Source: Ascidiella aspersa
Taxonomy: Eukaryota
Reading direction: 5' to 3'
DNA: 64,000 bases
Assembly (NCBI GenBank): GCA_963924565.1
Contig: OZ004609.1
Location: forward strand, 6,510,001 to 6,574,000
This document shows, piece after piece, positions 11,701 to 23,700 of the stretch. Every line of letters begins with the position of its first letter. Position 1 is the first letter of the stretch. The position numbers were made by a program, and so were the translations under genes. The notes beneath the pieces were generated by a model that made no database searches, was not told the DNA's origin, and worked only from the letters and a program-made list of their open reading frames with translations.

Positions 11701-14700
11701 CACCGCGGAATGCGAGCTCGTCAATGCCGTCCAACACTGCTGTCTTTGATGTCGACTGGCGGAATTCGAATTCTGGCCTGAATAAAGACAGTTCGACGAT
11801 TTTGCTTTTTTTTTTTGGAGGAAAAGAATAAAGTTCCTCTTTGCGACAAAGTTATTTATCAATCTGACGTAAATCGTTATGATAGCAGAGTAAATACCTA
11901 CATCTACTAGTCAGCTAGGTTTGGTTTGTTTTCTGCTGAGTGGTTTTGAGAGGTATACTGCCCACTTATGACGACTGCCAATTTTCTACTGTAGCTACAG
12001 AGGTAGGCTATGTTTTGGAAGTACATTTGTTTTATAAAAACAGCATAAAAACACATGATTGTCGCATCTCAACTTTGGCGAATGTACACAATTAAACAAT
12101 TTAAACTCTGCATCAGTCAAAGTCCTTAATCATTTTCCTTTTTATGCTCTATTGAGTAGACTTTATAGTCTACAGAGGGCAAGACTATTATAAAGAATCA
12201 CTGATCACTACGAATACAGTATTAGCAGAAATATTAACGCAAATATTGAAGTAAGTAAGATTGGGTGAAAGTTTTGAACAAAATTATGTTCAAGTCAATT
12301 TTTGATTTACTCATAATATACACACGATCCATGCTTATTCTTCTGAAGCCTAGGTGAAAATATTTTAAATGTAAGGATATTAAAAAAATCAATTATTTAA
12401 ATTGATGATGACATGGTATTTCCGTATGGGCTTGGATTTAACAGTGTCCGTAAACATGTTCAAAATGAACACAAATTCATTTAACATGGCTATATAATAC
12501 AATCGTTTATCCATGGCCTTGCATTTGAATGTTTAGAAAATAATACTTAGATGGATAACAACTCAGTGAAATTGTCTACTAAATATAACCTATTTATGCA
12601 TGGTTTAGATTTCATGTCTTATACTTCTTGCTTTGCAGCTCTTTCAATTATTCCAGGTAAATATTTGCAACGTTTTCTTAATTTGGGCATCTTTGTTTAC
12701 CAGACAAGGTCATCACCAGTTTGGAACACCAAACTATTTCGTTCATTAGCGTTAGTAAAGTTCCCATTGAACGCTAGTCTGGTTGAAACAATGGATGTGG
12801 AGTTGGGTAAAAACAACCCGAGTCTGATCCGAACGAAAAAATAAAGTCACAGCCCTGGTTTAAACTAAGGATGAGCAACCGATAAAATGTACGCTTAAAG
12901 TTTAGTACCATAAGTCCATAATTTTGCATAATGGTTGGAGGTTGTAGTATCAAGGCCCATACAGAAGTTGGTACCATTCAACATGAAGTTGAAAATGAAC
13001 AAAGAGTTATTCGAAACGTTCAAATTGATACTTACTTCTGTATGGGTTTTAATATTCTTATTATTTCTTTAAACTAATCTGCGATTTCTTTTTAAACTTA
13101 TAAATAAAGTGTCCTTACTCAGGCGTTTCTGTGTACTGAATCATGGCCACTTGGATGCCATCGTTACCGACGTTCGTGAAGCCGTCCACGACGTTCATGA
13201 GGAACTCACGAAGTAGGAAGAATCCGTTCTCACCCACCGATGAGCTCCCGTCAATCACGAAGGCGAGGTCCGACATGGTGCTCTCGCATCCGAGTCCGGG
13301 AGCGACAGAGGACACAACAGGAGCAACTGTGGTCGGAGCAGGAGGCGGAACAGTGGTGGAGGATGGTACTGGTGGAGCTTCCGTAGTCACGATGGGAGCT
13401 GGCTGAGTTGCTTTAATGAAACAGAAAATGTTTGCGCAAAGTTTTCTCAGATAATTACATTTACAAAAAAAACAAAAACCTTGGAGCAGGCTGAGTTGCT
13501 TGAATAGGGAAAATAATGTTTGCGAAAAGTTTCCTCAGACATTACGTTTGAATAACGAAAAGAAAAGATTGGGGCAAGCTCAGTTGCTTTCATAAAGAAA
13601 ACGTGTTCCGTCTTCACTTTTTTAACAAAGTGAATATTAAAAAGACAATAAACAACGCGAAAAAGATTCAGTAGTCTTACGGCGCATTAATGGCTATTTA
13701 ACTGTATTGGGAATTATTAACACTGTGTTGTCTTTAAGAGGACGCCTCGCATTAACAAAGGTTAACAAAGACGTTTCATAATTAAAAAAAAAAAAGTTTT
13801 ATAAGTCAAATAAAATAAGAGTGATAAGTTCGGTTCCATATTTTTCAACATAACAAGCGAACATATAGATTATGATTCTGCGACTTAAGTTGTGGAAACA
13901 GTCGCATATTATTTTTTTAGTCTTAGTTGCTGTAACTCGCCATACGGACTGCAAATTTGTTAATTATTGTTACGAAAAATGGGACATATTTTCATGCATT
14001 TCATTCTAAAAGTCATTATTTGGACTTCAATTCAAGTAGGCCTGCTTTAAAGTAAAAATGATGAAACTTACCGATTGCTTCACGGCCGCCCATACAAACC
14101 CATATTTGATCGCAATGGAACAGTAGTATTTAACGTTTGCAAACCAAGTAAAAAGCAATGCTGAAGGTTTCACACCAAAAAACGCTATCCATGCTCAGAC
14201 AACGGACGTGCAATGGAACCAATGAACGCTTTTTATTAGCATGTTTCATGTTTGGAAAACATTGTCACAATTGCTCTAAGTCGGAAAAACTTCAAACGAA
14301 TTGACCATTTGATGTAAAACAATGGCGAATTTCATGTGAAGATGAGTTCATCAATCCATGTAGGTAAATGGCCCCCACTACACTTCTATTAAACAGTTAT
14401 GGAAAATGCCCAAAGTTGAAGATAAGATTTCAAAAAGATAAGCGCATTTTCTTACAGGTATTATTGCAACGGAGCAAACAGGTGTAGCGGTTGTCGAAGA
14501 CGTTGCTGCCCACACAGTGCATGTAATTGAACATGGCACAGTCCTTGGCCTCCGAATCCCAGTAAAATTTAACCTCGGTCGAGGAGTGGCCAGGCCGTAA
14601 GCAGTTACCCAGGGGTACGGGTTGACCGCAAATGTCGTCAAAGTCACCCGGAGCCACTTCGCCACGGGGGGTGTTCACCCTCCTTGGGGCGGCTGCTGGG

Positions 14701-17700
14701 GGTCAGGAGTTATGTGGACCGAAATGAGGGGTCGAAAAATGTGAGAGGGCGAGATGTCGCGATGATGGGTGAACATTTAACAAATGGACATAACGACATG
14801 TACAGGTTTGGTTTTGGATGAATAAATACCGTTTAGTGTCCGTTGGAAGTTGGTAGAAAGTGAAGGAAATAAAAAACATAAGAATAGAGCTTATTTAAAG
14901 AAGCTAGATAAACATTTTAAATCTAAAGAAACCACGTTCACTATAGTAACAAAATTCTGTGTTACAAGGGACCAGCCACAGATGGAAGTGAGGCATATTG
15001 ATAACACGTGGCTTAAAATTGCCTATATTTGAAAAAAGTCTGAAGTTTTAAGAAACATTTTCCTACCTTCAAACAAATTTAATCCTATACTCAGCATTCC
15101 AAAGTAATTAGACCCTTCCTTTGTTTTTTTGTTTATTTCAATTTTAATCCTGCCTTGCGCTTATAATATTTTGGCTAAACCATTGAAAAGCAGCGAGGCT
15201 CGTTCAACTACTGGTTATTTATTGGCATGCAAAACGACTAGTAAAGCTACTGCGATCACGGACACGGCGAATTGAATTGCGAAACTGCGATGAAGGAAAG
15301 CACGAATTATATTGGGATCAGGGTGCTGGCCGATTGTTCTACACGTAAGTAAACATCTATATATGCTGTAGGTTAGTCAAGACTGGCCAAAGAAGTGCAT
15401 ATGACGCGTGAAAATTACTTTACGGGCAATTCGCTGTATGAGATGAGTTTCACTTAAAGCAGTGGTCGGCAAACTTTGCATTGCGCAAACCAGTACGACA
15501 ACAGGGGAGTATCCGGGATTTGTTAGGACTGGGGGAATCCAATTTTTTAGAGTAACGCCACAAAATTACGCTACACATATTAATTTTGAAAATGTATTGC
15601 AATAAGTATACCGCTATCAGTCACGCGGCGCACAATTACATGATAAAACTAAACTATTAAAAAATAGCTCGCGGCCCACTAAAAATGGCTTTGCGGCCCA
15701 CAGTTTGCCGACCACTGAGGTAAAGTAACAACTGAGATTGGGATTACTTATCGTGGTGAAATTAGTGACACGGTCGACAAGGGAAGACCTATGCTTTTGC
15801 CTCGGCGCGACCAGCAGTCTATACGATTCTTGCTGATATAATGTGAATGAAAATCGCGTTTTTTTTCTCGAACGAAAGAAAACGAGTACTGGATTGAAAA
15901 AAATGACGAAACGCGTGATTTGTTTTGGCTATGAATTGCTCCAAACGCGGAAATTGTGTGCACAGCGGACAGGGGTGTGGGTGAACGGGGGCGCAGGGGC
16001 CTTATTTCTTCGCATCGCCTCGGGACGGGGGGCCTGCAACAAACCAAACGTATACAGGCTGTTTAACCAGTTTTTTGGCAGTAGTATATTAATGGTATGG
16101 GGCACTTTTAATATAATATATGAACATCGGTGCCGTTATTTACTTGTTGATAAGGTTTACTGGCCAAACTTGTTGGTAGAACCCAGTGTTGTATTGAGTT
16201 AAGTCAATGACTTGACGTTTTATTTTTAGGACAGGTTGTTTACTTGAAGTTGACTTGCTATAATTATGATTTGACTGGGACTTAGTTCTTAAAATGAATT
16301 GTTTACAACACTGAAAGAATCCAATACATTTCTGTACCCCGTGATGATTATTAATATGCCCGTAAGTTAGATTTATCATTGGATTTTTTTTGGTGGGGGG
16401 AGGGGTTTGACAGAGCTGTCACGAGGCGATGCGTAGCAAAATGGAATGTCGTCTGTTAATTTGTTTCTACGTTTTGGAACTCTATTCAAGAAAAAATTGA
16501 ACTATAGACTGAACTTTTCGGGGCGGATGATAGAAGCGCAGGTTTAAAGGGGCGACTAAACACTAGTAACTGCAGCGGCATCAGTGTATAGCTGTACAGC
16601 TACATTGTATAGAGTAACATTGCCAAAGCAAAAGGCCAAGCGGGTCACGAACTGGCCACGTGGGGCGTAAAAGCGAGAAACAACACCTTTTAAAACGAAG
16701 CAAACTACAATTGCTGCTGCACTACAGGATTAGATATACGCGACGCAATTTTGGAACTCAGAGGTTGCGGCCGGAAAGATTAAAGGATGTAAAGCAAGGG
16801 GGATTACGCGGTTTTACATTGGGATGTCCGATAACAACGTTTCGGGGACGATACTCTGTTAATTTATTGTATCGGCAACCGTCTAATATTATTTCGGCGA
16901 TACCAAATAAATTTCAGCATTTCAGCCATGTGATAGAACTAATCGTATTTCTATTTGAAATTCAACTGTTTGCACAAAATAGCTTATTTACAATAAATTT
17001 AACTAAGAGTTACAGTCATTAAGCATTTTTTGCTTACCAGCCATGAAACCATTGTGCTCGAACTTTAAGGCTTAAAATTTTTCTAATTTGACCACAATAA
17101 ACAGGTCATTGGTTTGTGATAGATCGGCCGGTATCGCGATAAAACACGAAGTATCGGACATCCCTGGTTTTAAGCTTCAGAGGATATATATATGCTGAAT
17201 ACAATGTCTTTTTGTTTCGTAATGATTTCTAAAGTCTTATATATGCTGAGGGTGTGGAAAGAGACATATGACGTCATTTGGCCACGGCGTCGTCATCAGT
17301 GACGTGGCTTCTTTCCGTGGTGACGTCGAAAACGAGCAACTGCGCAAAAAGAAAAAAAGGGCGGTTTAGGGAGTTGCCGGGGCCAGGGTGTTCGTTTTAA
17401 ACACGTCATCAGTGCCATGCGTGACGTCACATATCGAGGCAACTCCCCAACTTCGCCCTTTCTTTTCGGTCCGCTCGTTTGTGACGTCACCATGGCACTG
17501 CAATGAAAAACAAACTCGCGAGCAGTGGAAGCGCTCATGGCATATTAATTCGATAAGGTTTTTAGAAAAATTGAAAAAAAAACGTTCGAAAAGTTTGCAA
17601 AATAACACATTCTACTAATACATGGACAATTTTTTATGGACATGTGACCTGACAATTGCTTTAAGACCGTCCTTTTTATGATTTTTTGTAATTTTTTGAT

Positions 17701-20700
17701 CTACAGCCCTCTTAGAAAGTATTTTTTTCTTACTTGTGAGAAAACTCCTTTTTAAGGTTTTTTAAAAGAAAAAAAAATTTCTCAGTAATAAGAAATTACC
17801 CTAATCATGGTTGATTGTTTTGTTTTCCTAACTTCAATTGTTGCTTACAAAGCATTGTCAAGAGACAATTGTGGTTGAAGAACAGCATTGATAGCTTGCT
17901 AGGTAAGTTAGTTCGCTAGGAATGCTAGTTTTGTAGTAAATAACAGTGTTTAGTTAGCACAATTTTTATAGAGGCTAAATTTAAAAATAAGCAAACGCAC
18001 AATATGACTGTTCTTATAAAATCATATTTTTTCAAGTCATTTGATTGTTGAGTACCAAATCTACGGTAGCCCTGTTCAGAAATGAACCACTTCTTATCAC
18101 ACCTTATTTATCACCAGCAGCCCTTCTAAAGTCGTACAGACCAACCATATCAATAAAAGCAAATAGTATTTATAAACCGCGAAGCTTACCGAAATCAGTC
18201 GGCCTACCAATCGATTTCATGAAAGCAAAAAAAAAAAAAACTATCCTGTTGTGTTGTCGAAGTCCTCAACCATACCGTAACCGTATCATGACTGTATTTC
18301 GAAAATGGGCTATTTTTTAAGCCTAACTTTGCTTTGTTAGCAATCCTTGGTAGGACGACTGGTTTTGGTCTTTAAAAATGCACACTATACGCGCTATAAG
18401 TGTTATTTTTAACATAAAATAAAAAGTCGCGTTACTTACTTGTTGTTACAGCAGTGTCACCGGCGTCTGCAAAACAAATATGAAAATTTAAGAAACTTAA
18501 CAATTATTGACGCAAAATGGCATGTGTTTTAACATATAATTTTAAAACACAAAATTGCATACGAGCAGACGGAGCGATTGGGCAATATTTGCAGGTGCAT
18601 GCGTGTAATACACGAATAAATTTAATTAAAGGCTTTGCGGCGTGCAAGCAGGAGACAAAAAGGAAAATACTAAGTGACACGAACACTTAGTGTATTTAAA
18701 TATACGACTAAAATCAGCCCCATGCAAAGCAGCTGGCAGACAAGCAATTATCACCAACATGCAAATTAAAAAAAACGCTGCAGAACAACGAATAAATTGC
18801 ACATAGAATAATTGAAACGAATCGCATGACAGTTGCATATCACGTACAGAACATTTACGGAATAAATTACGAATAATTTCTAAGTGCAAGGTCATTCAGA
18901 AGAAAATTCAAGTAACAGAAAGAAACTGCAAATTACGATTAGAAATATTGCGAAAGGATAGGAGCAATTACGAGTAGCAATAATTACATACGAGAAAACA
19001 AGAGAAAAAATTACATTTACTTCCATTTTTTATGGTTAGGCAGCATACGAAAAAGAAAGTAGTGCAAATGAAAAAAGTTATTGTCATTAGTTCGGCCAAA
19101 CACAGTTGATTGCAACAGGATTCTTCGGACATGCTTGACAGCCAAAAATGGGAATGAAAAAGTAAAAGTTAGACAAAAGGCTGCGCGATAAAACAAAACC
19201 GCTGTTTTTAGGTCAGATTGCATGACAAATGTTACGCGGTCCTATATAACTAAAGTCCATTTCCACCGTTATATGGAACATGCTACAAGTTTGAATCGAA
19301 TACATCGCTAGAAAACAGCTGTTTCTTTTGGCAATATTTTTGCACTTGTGGCATTTTTCAGCCAAAGTATACATTACGGTCTTGATGTGTCTAATAAATC
19401 CCATGCAACTAGCCTACAAGGCAGAGATCGTTCGAACTACGAAAGTTTAAAATCCCTGTTGGAAATTAAAGTAAAGCAGAACGAAAATAGAAGAAAAGTT
19501 AGCCCAGCAATCCAACTATATTAAAGTAGCGATAAAGTTTCCTGGTCGATGATACATAACAAGAAAGATAAGGAAGGGATGTTTAATTACTTAAGTCGTG
19601 TGATCCAATAAAACGCAGCAGATTTAATAGTGAATGAGATACCGGGAGTAACAGAAATTGAGGGATGCAAGACATATACAGCTTATCTTACCAATGCGCA
19701 TTGTACAGTTAAAATCTGAGATGCTTCGAACAATGAATCCCATGACCAGCCAGATGGAAAATATTAGATAAGCATAAAATGAAATAGAAGAGGAGCAAAA
19801 ATTCTAAGTTAGGGTAGCCACAGGATTCAGAGATCAAAACGACTGATCCTATATTTTTGGAATTGAATGTTATTACTAAGGACAAAAACTGTAGACCTTT
19901 CAAAATGTTAAGGGATCTGTAATTCAAATCTTTTAAAACAGCGGAACTGACCCAGACCTAAGACTAAATTCTTCGTCAAGCGGAAAATAGAAAAGAGATA
20001 GAAATAGAAAATTAAAACGAAGAGGCAGTGAGACATTGAAGAGATAAAAGGGATATGGTCAGAACTAATTTCCTTGGAAGAAACTTATAGGCTATTAAAA
20101 CAGACGGCACAAATCAAAATTCAGAGAATGAGAACTGCAGTGAACGTCTGCTGCAAGACTTCAAGGAAGATGAGTGAAAGATAGAAAACGAAGACGATAA
20201 CAAGAGAGCAAGAAGTAAATGAAGAGAATGCGAAGCAGCAATCAGCGGCTTAAATAATGGAAAAAGAGATGGCAAGATGAAATTACTTTTAGAGCAACGT
20301 AGCATCCGAGAACAGAAAATTATCAGCTGCGGTTGGTTTGCAAGAGAGAAAAGATCAAAGAAGAGAATAGAAAGAGGCAGTGATGCAAGTGAGAATTAAG
20401 GAGCAAGAAAGACTTGCGCTACGCTGTCTGCCATTTGCCAACCGTCAAAGGCCGGTCTTCTAAAGACTGAGACGTGATTTACCTGCGATGATGGCGTCGA
20501 TGCCTGCGCAAGTCTTCTCAACGATGCCCGAAATAATGGAGCCGAGCGCTGCGAAGTCGTCTACGTTGTACAAGTGCCCGTTGCTGCTGAAGTCGATCAG
20601 CTCGTCGTTGTCGACCTTGCTTCCGACTCCCACAGCGATCATCATCTGGAAGTTTTCGTGCGCCAGCAGAATTTCGGCGGCGTTGCGCTCGTCGCTGGCG

Positions 20701-23700
20701 TCGCCGTCGGTCATGGTGATAAGAATCTTATAGGAGCCAGGCCGCATTTCGGGCACCACCTCCCGGTTTACAAACTCAATGGCGGTGTAGGTCTTGGTGC
20801 CTGAGCGCATCTGTTGGATGTTGCGCACTTGCTGATCGATTTCGCCGATTCCTCCCACCACGTTCTGGTGCACTTCGATCATGCTGCGCTCCGAGTATTG
20901 GATCACGTCCACGTGGATCGGGATCTCGCGCATTCCCGGCTTGAAGCTGTCCACGGTGAGAAGGATCCAGTCCTTGACACGTTCGAACTCGTCGCGACCG
21001 ATTGAGTCGCTGCCGTCCACCAGGAAGGCGATGTCGACCGGATATTCCTCGCAGGTCACTGGGGCTGGACCCTCCACTGTTTGGCAGCAAACAACGAAAC
21101 CGTCACAACAACATTACTTACACGCACGCGATAACGGGGCGACAGATTACTCGGGTGCGAATTGACATAATGGCGACGTAAAAACGGGAAAACTGTTTTG
21201 CCCGACCTTGTCAGGCCTGCCTTGTAAGGTAACAGTAACACTCGCGATTTTAATGGAGAAAAATAAGGTTTAGATTTAAAATTTTCAGCGAAAAGGAAAA
21301 GGCCTTGACACGCATACAAAAATGCAAAAAAATGGCAGCGACAAATACGTTGCGTCATTATCCTACCAGGGCTTCAATTTTGTAGCACGAAAAATATTGG
21401 CACCAACAATGCGGGAAAACTACACTAAAAAGAAGCTCTGTCGGTGCTTATTCATTTTCTCCAACGTTTTGTTTGTCGGTTATCGCATTTGTATCGTTGT
21501 ATTTTTTTACAATCCCTGATAAAGGCACCCTGCTTAGGTAGCAGAAACCTTGGTGAAAATAAACAAGTACCAGATGAGCATTTTTTGGTATACTATTCCT
21601 GGTAGCAACAGCATTTTTAAAGCGGAAAAACGGTGCATATAAGCTTGTCAGTTACTGCCCGGACAGGTCCTAGCAACGAATACGATTTAAAGCTCACAAT
21701 CTAGGCGTAAAAAAGCGTTGTGTTACCTTACCAAGGCCTGCTCTCAAAGGCGGCAGCAGTATGCGAGGTTCTTTAGCGAAAAACGGCGACATACATACGG
21801 GACCTGGGGCCGAAAAAGCGTGCGCGCAAAAGCGGTGCTGCGTTTATTTAACAAGTGAATATCGACAGCGGTGGTGGATCAAAAAGTAAATATGCCGCAT
21901 GCAACCGAGTGGCGTTCGTTCAGCATCAACGCATTTCTTCAAGACAAATCTTTCAATTTTAAATATTATTTCTGAAACCTTGCGCTTTTAAATCGAAGGC
22001 GATGAGATATTTTTTATACAGAATGCCGGCATGTTTTTGTTACAGCTCTTTATAAATTTTGCTTAAAATACTTTCATGTTATTTTTAGGAATTATTTAAA
22101 CTATTATTTTACAGACACCCTATTTATATTTAAATCTGCGCCAATTAAATTGCATTTCATTTTAAAAGTCTTTTATTATTTTGTGTAGTTTGCTTTGCGT
22201 ATTATGAATATCAGAGAAAATGGGAATTAAAGAATTATAAAAGAATTTTTGCGACATTATTTATTTAGTTTTAATTCATTAGGTTGTAGTTTGGACAAAT
22301 TCATAATGTTGGTCGTATATTATTTAGTGTATGATGCTTACTGGACGTTCAACAATCAACTCGGCATACGTTGCAATTGCAAGAGGCTTCCATAATAGTT
22401 TATATTATGGACGGCGTGCATTTAGCATTTACACGAATATACACTCTTTGATCAATCGCACAAAACTCCCGACCGGTGCACGTCAATCGACGGGTAATGT
22501 AGATAGAAAAAGTCACTTACCGCATTCTGAAAAAAAAATAGAAATTATTATAAAGTGTCCAAGATCAATCTGACAGTTTTCAAAGGCAATATGTAGTAAC
22601 TTCCTTATTTAAGTTGTAAACGATTTCCGCCCAAAAGGCAAGCCGTCTCCCGAAAATTGTGCAGACAAGTAATAGTTTTCAATTATTTATAAAGTTAATC
22701 ATAAACCACAAAATTGCACAATAAATAAATATGTGTTAAGGTGAACCTTACCATTGCAAAACAATATTTAAAAAGTAATAACGAGCACAGCTTTTACATG
22801 ATATTGATTGAAAAATCTTTTCACGACTTTACTCCATGATTTAAATGTCCTTAATGGGTAGCCTATAGCCCTATAATATAGTTACTGACAGTGTATATCG
22901 CGATAAACACTGTTTTATTAGTAAAATTACAATAGCCAGAAAAGCTGTTGAATGGTCATTTATAATGCCTTCTAAAAACTGGAAAATGCCAATGTAGAAA
23001 TAAAACTAAGTACTTGATATCAATTTATTTCTAAAAAGCCATAAATAACATTTTGTTTACACTACACGGATCTGTAATGTAGCTTGATAATGAATTGCAA
23101 AGTCAAAAATATCGAGTAGATCGACGTCATCTTGATCATTAAGACATTTCGATAAGAGCTTGTATCATAAACAGTTAACGTCGGACATAACTGAAGATGA
23201 TACAAGCTCTTATCGAAACGTCTCAATAATCAAGATAATTAGGATCTACTCGACCTTTTTAGCTTTGCAATTCATTATCGAACGGTTTGTTCTTGTTATA
23301 TTAGCACCTGCTGGCATCAGTTCCCTCACAATCTCAGCGATGATGGGTCGCAACTCTGCAAGGTTGAGTGATCCTGGTGGACCTCTGGGTCCTGGAATAC
23401 CCTGTAAAAATTTTAGTGATACTTAGTGTTCCTGGGAATGGTGACCGTGTCGATCACGCGACGGTATAAATTTGCACAAAATTGTACCTTATTATTATTA
23501 TGTTAATTTGACCTGTTTTATTTACTTAAAACTCGTCTTTGAGAATATTAATCACCAATCTGACTTTAAACGAAGTCATAAATGCAACGGTTGTACATCT
23601 TAGATTTAAGATCATTATGTGAAATCGGTAGCTGGATAAGCGAGCCTGCTTTATAGCATTATATAAACAAAATTTTACCTTTTTTAGGCGTTCGTGGCAT

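Noticed and set aside
13143-13406. Plus-strand 87-aa ORF
   Set aside because: Antisense mirror of the linker/vWA3 exon.
14072-14160. Strong donor (gtaagt) in the intron after the Kunitz exon
   Set aside because: The nearest plausible acceptor gives 89 nt (frameshift); the 6-nt alternative lacks a pyrimidine tract.
17038-17070. 33-nt phase 1-1 candidate exon (TLKFEHNGFMA) with gtaagc donor
   Set aside because: A-rich weak acceptor, and it lies inside the MITE at 16819-17166.
20488-21165. Several overlapping ORFs of 63-104 aa around vWA2
   Set aside because: Antisense or alternate-frame shadows of a GC-rich coding exon.
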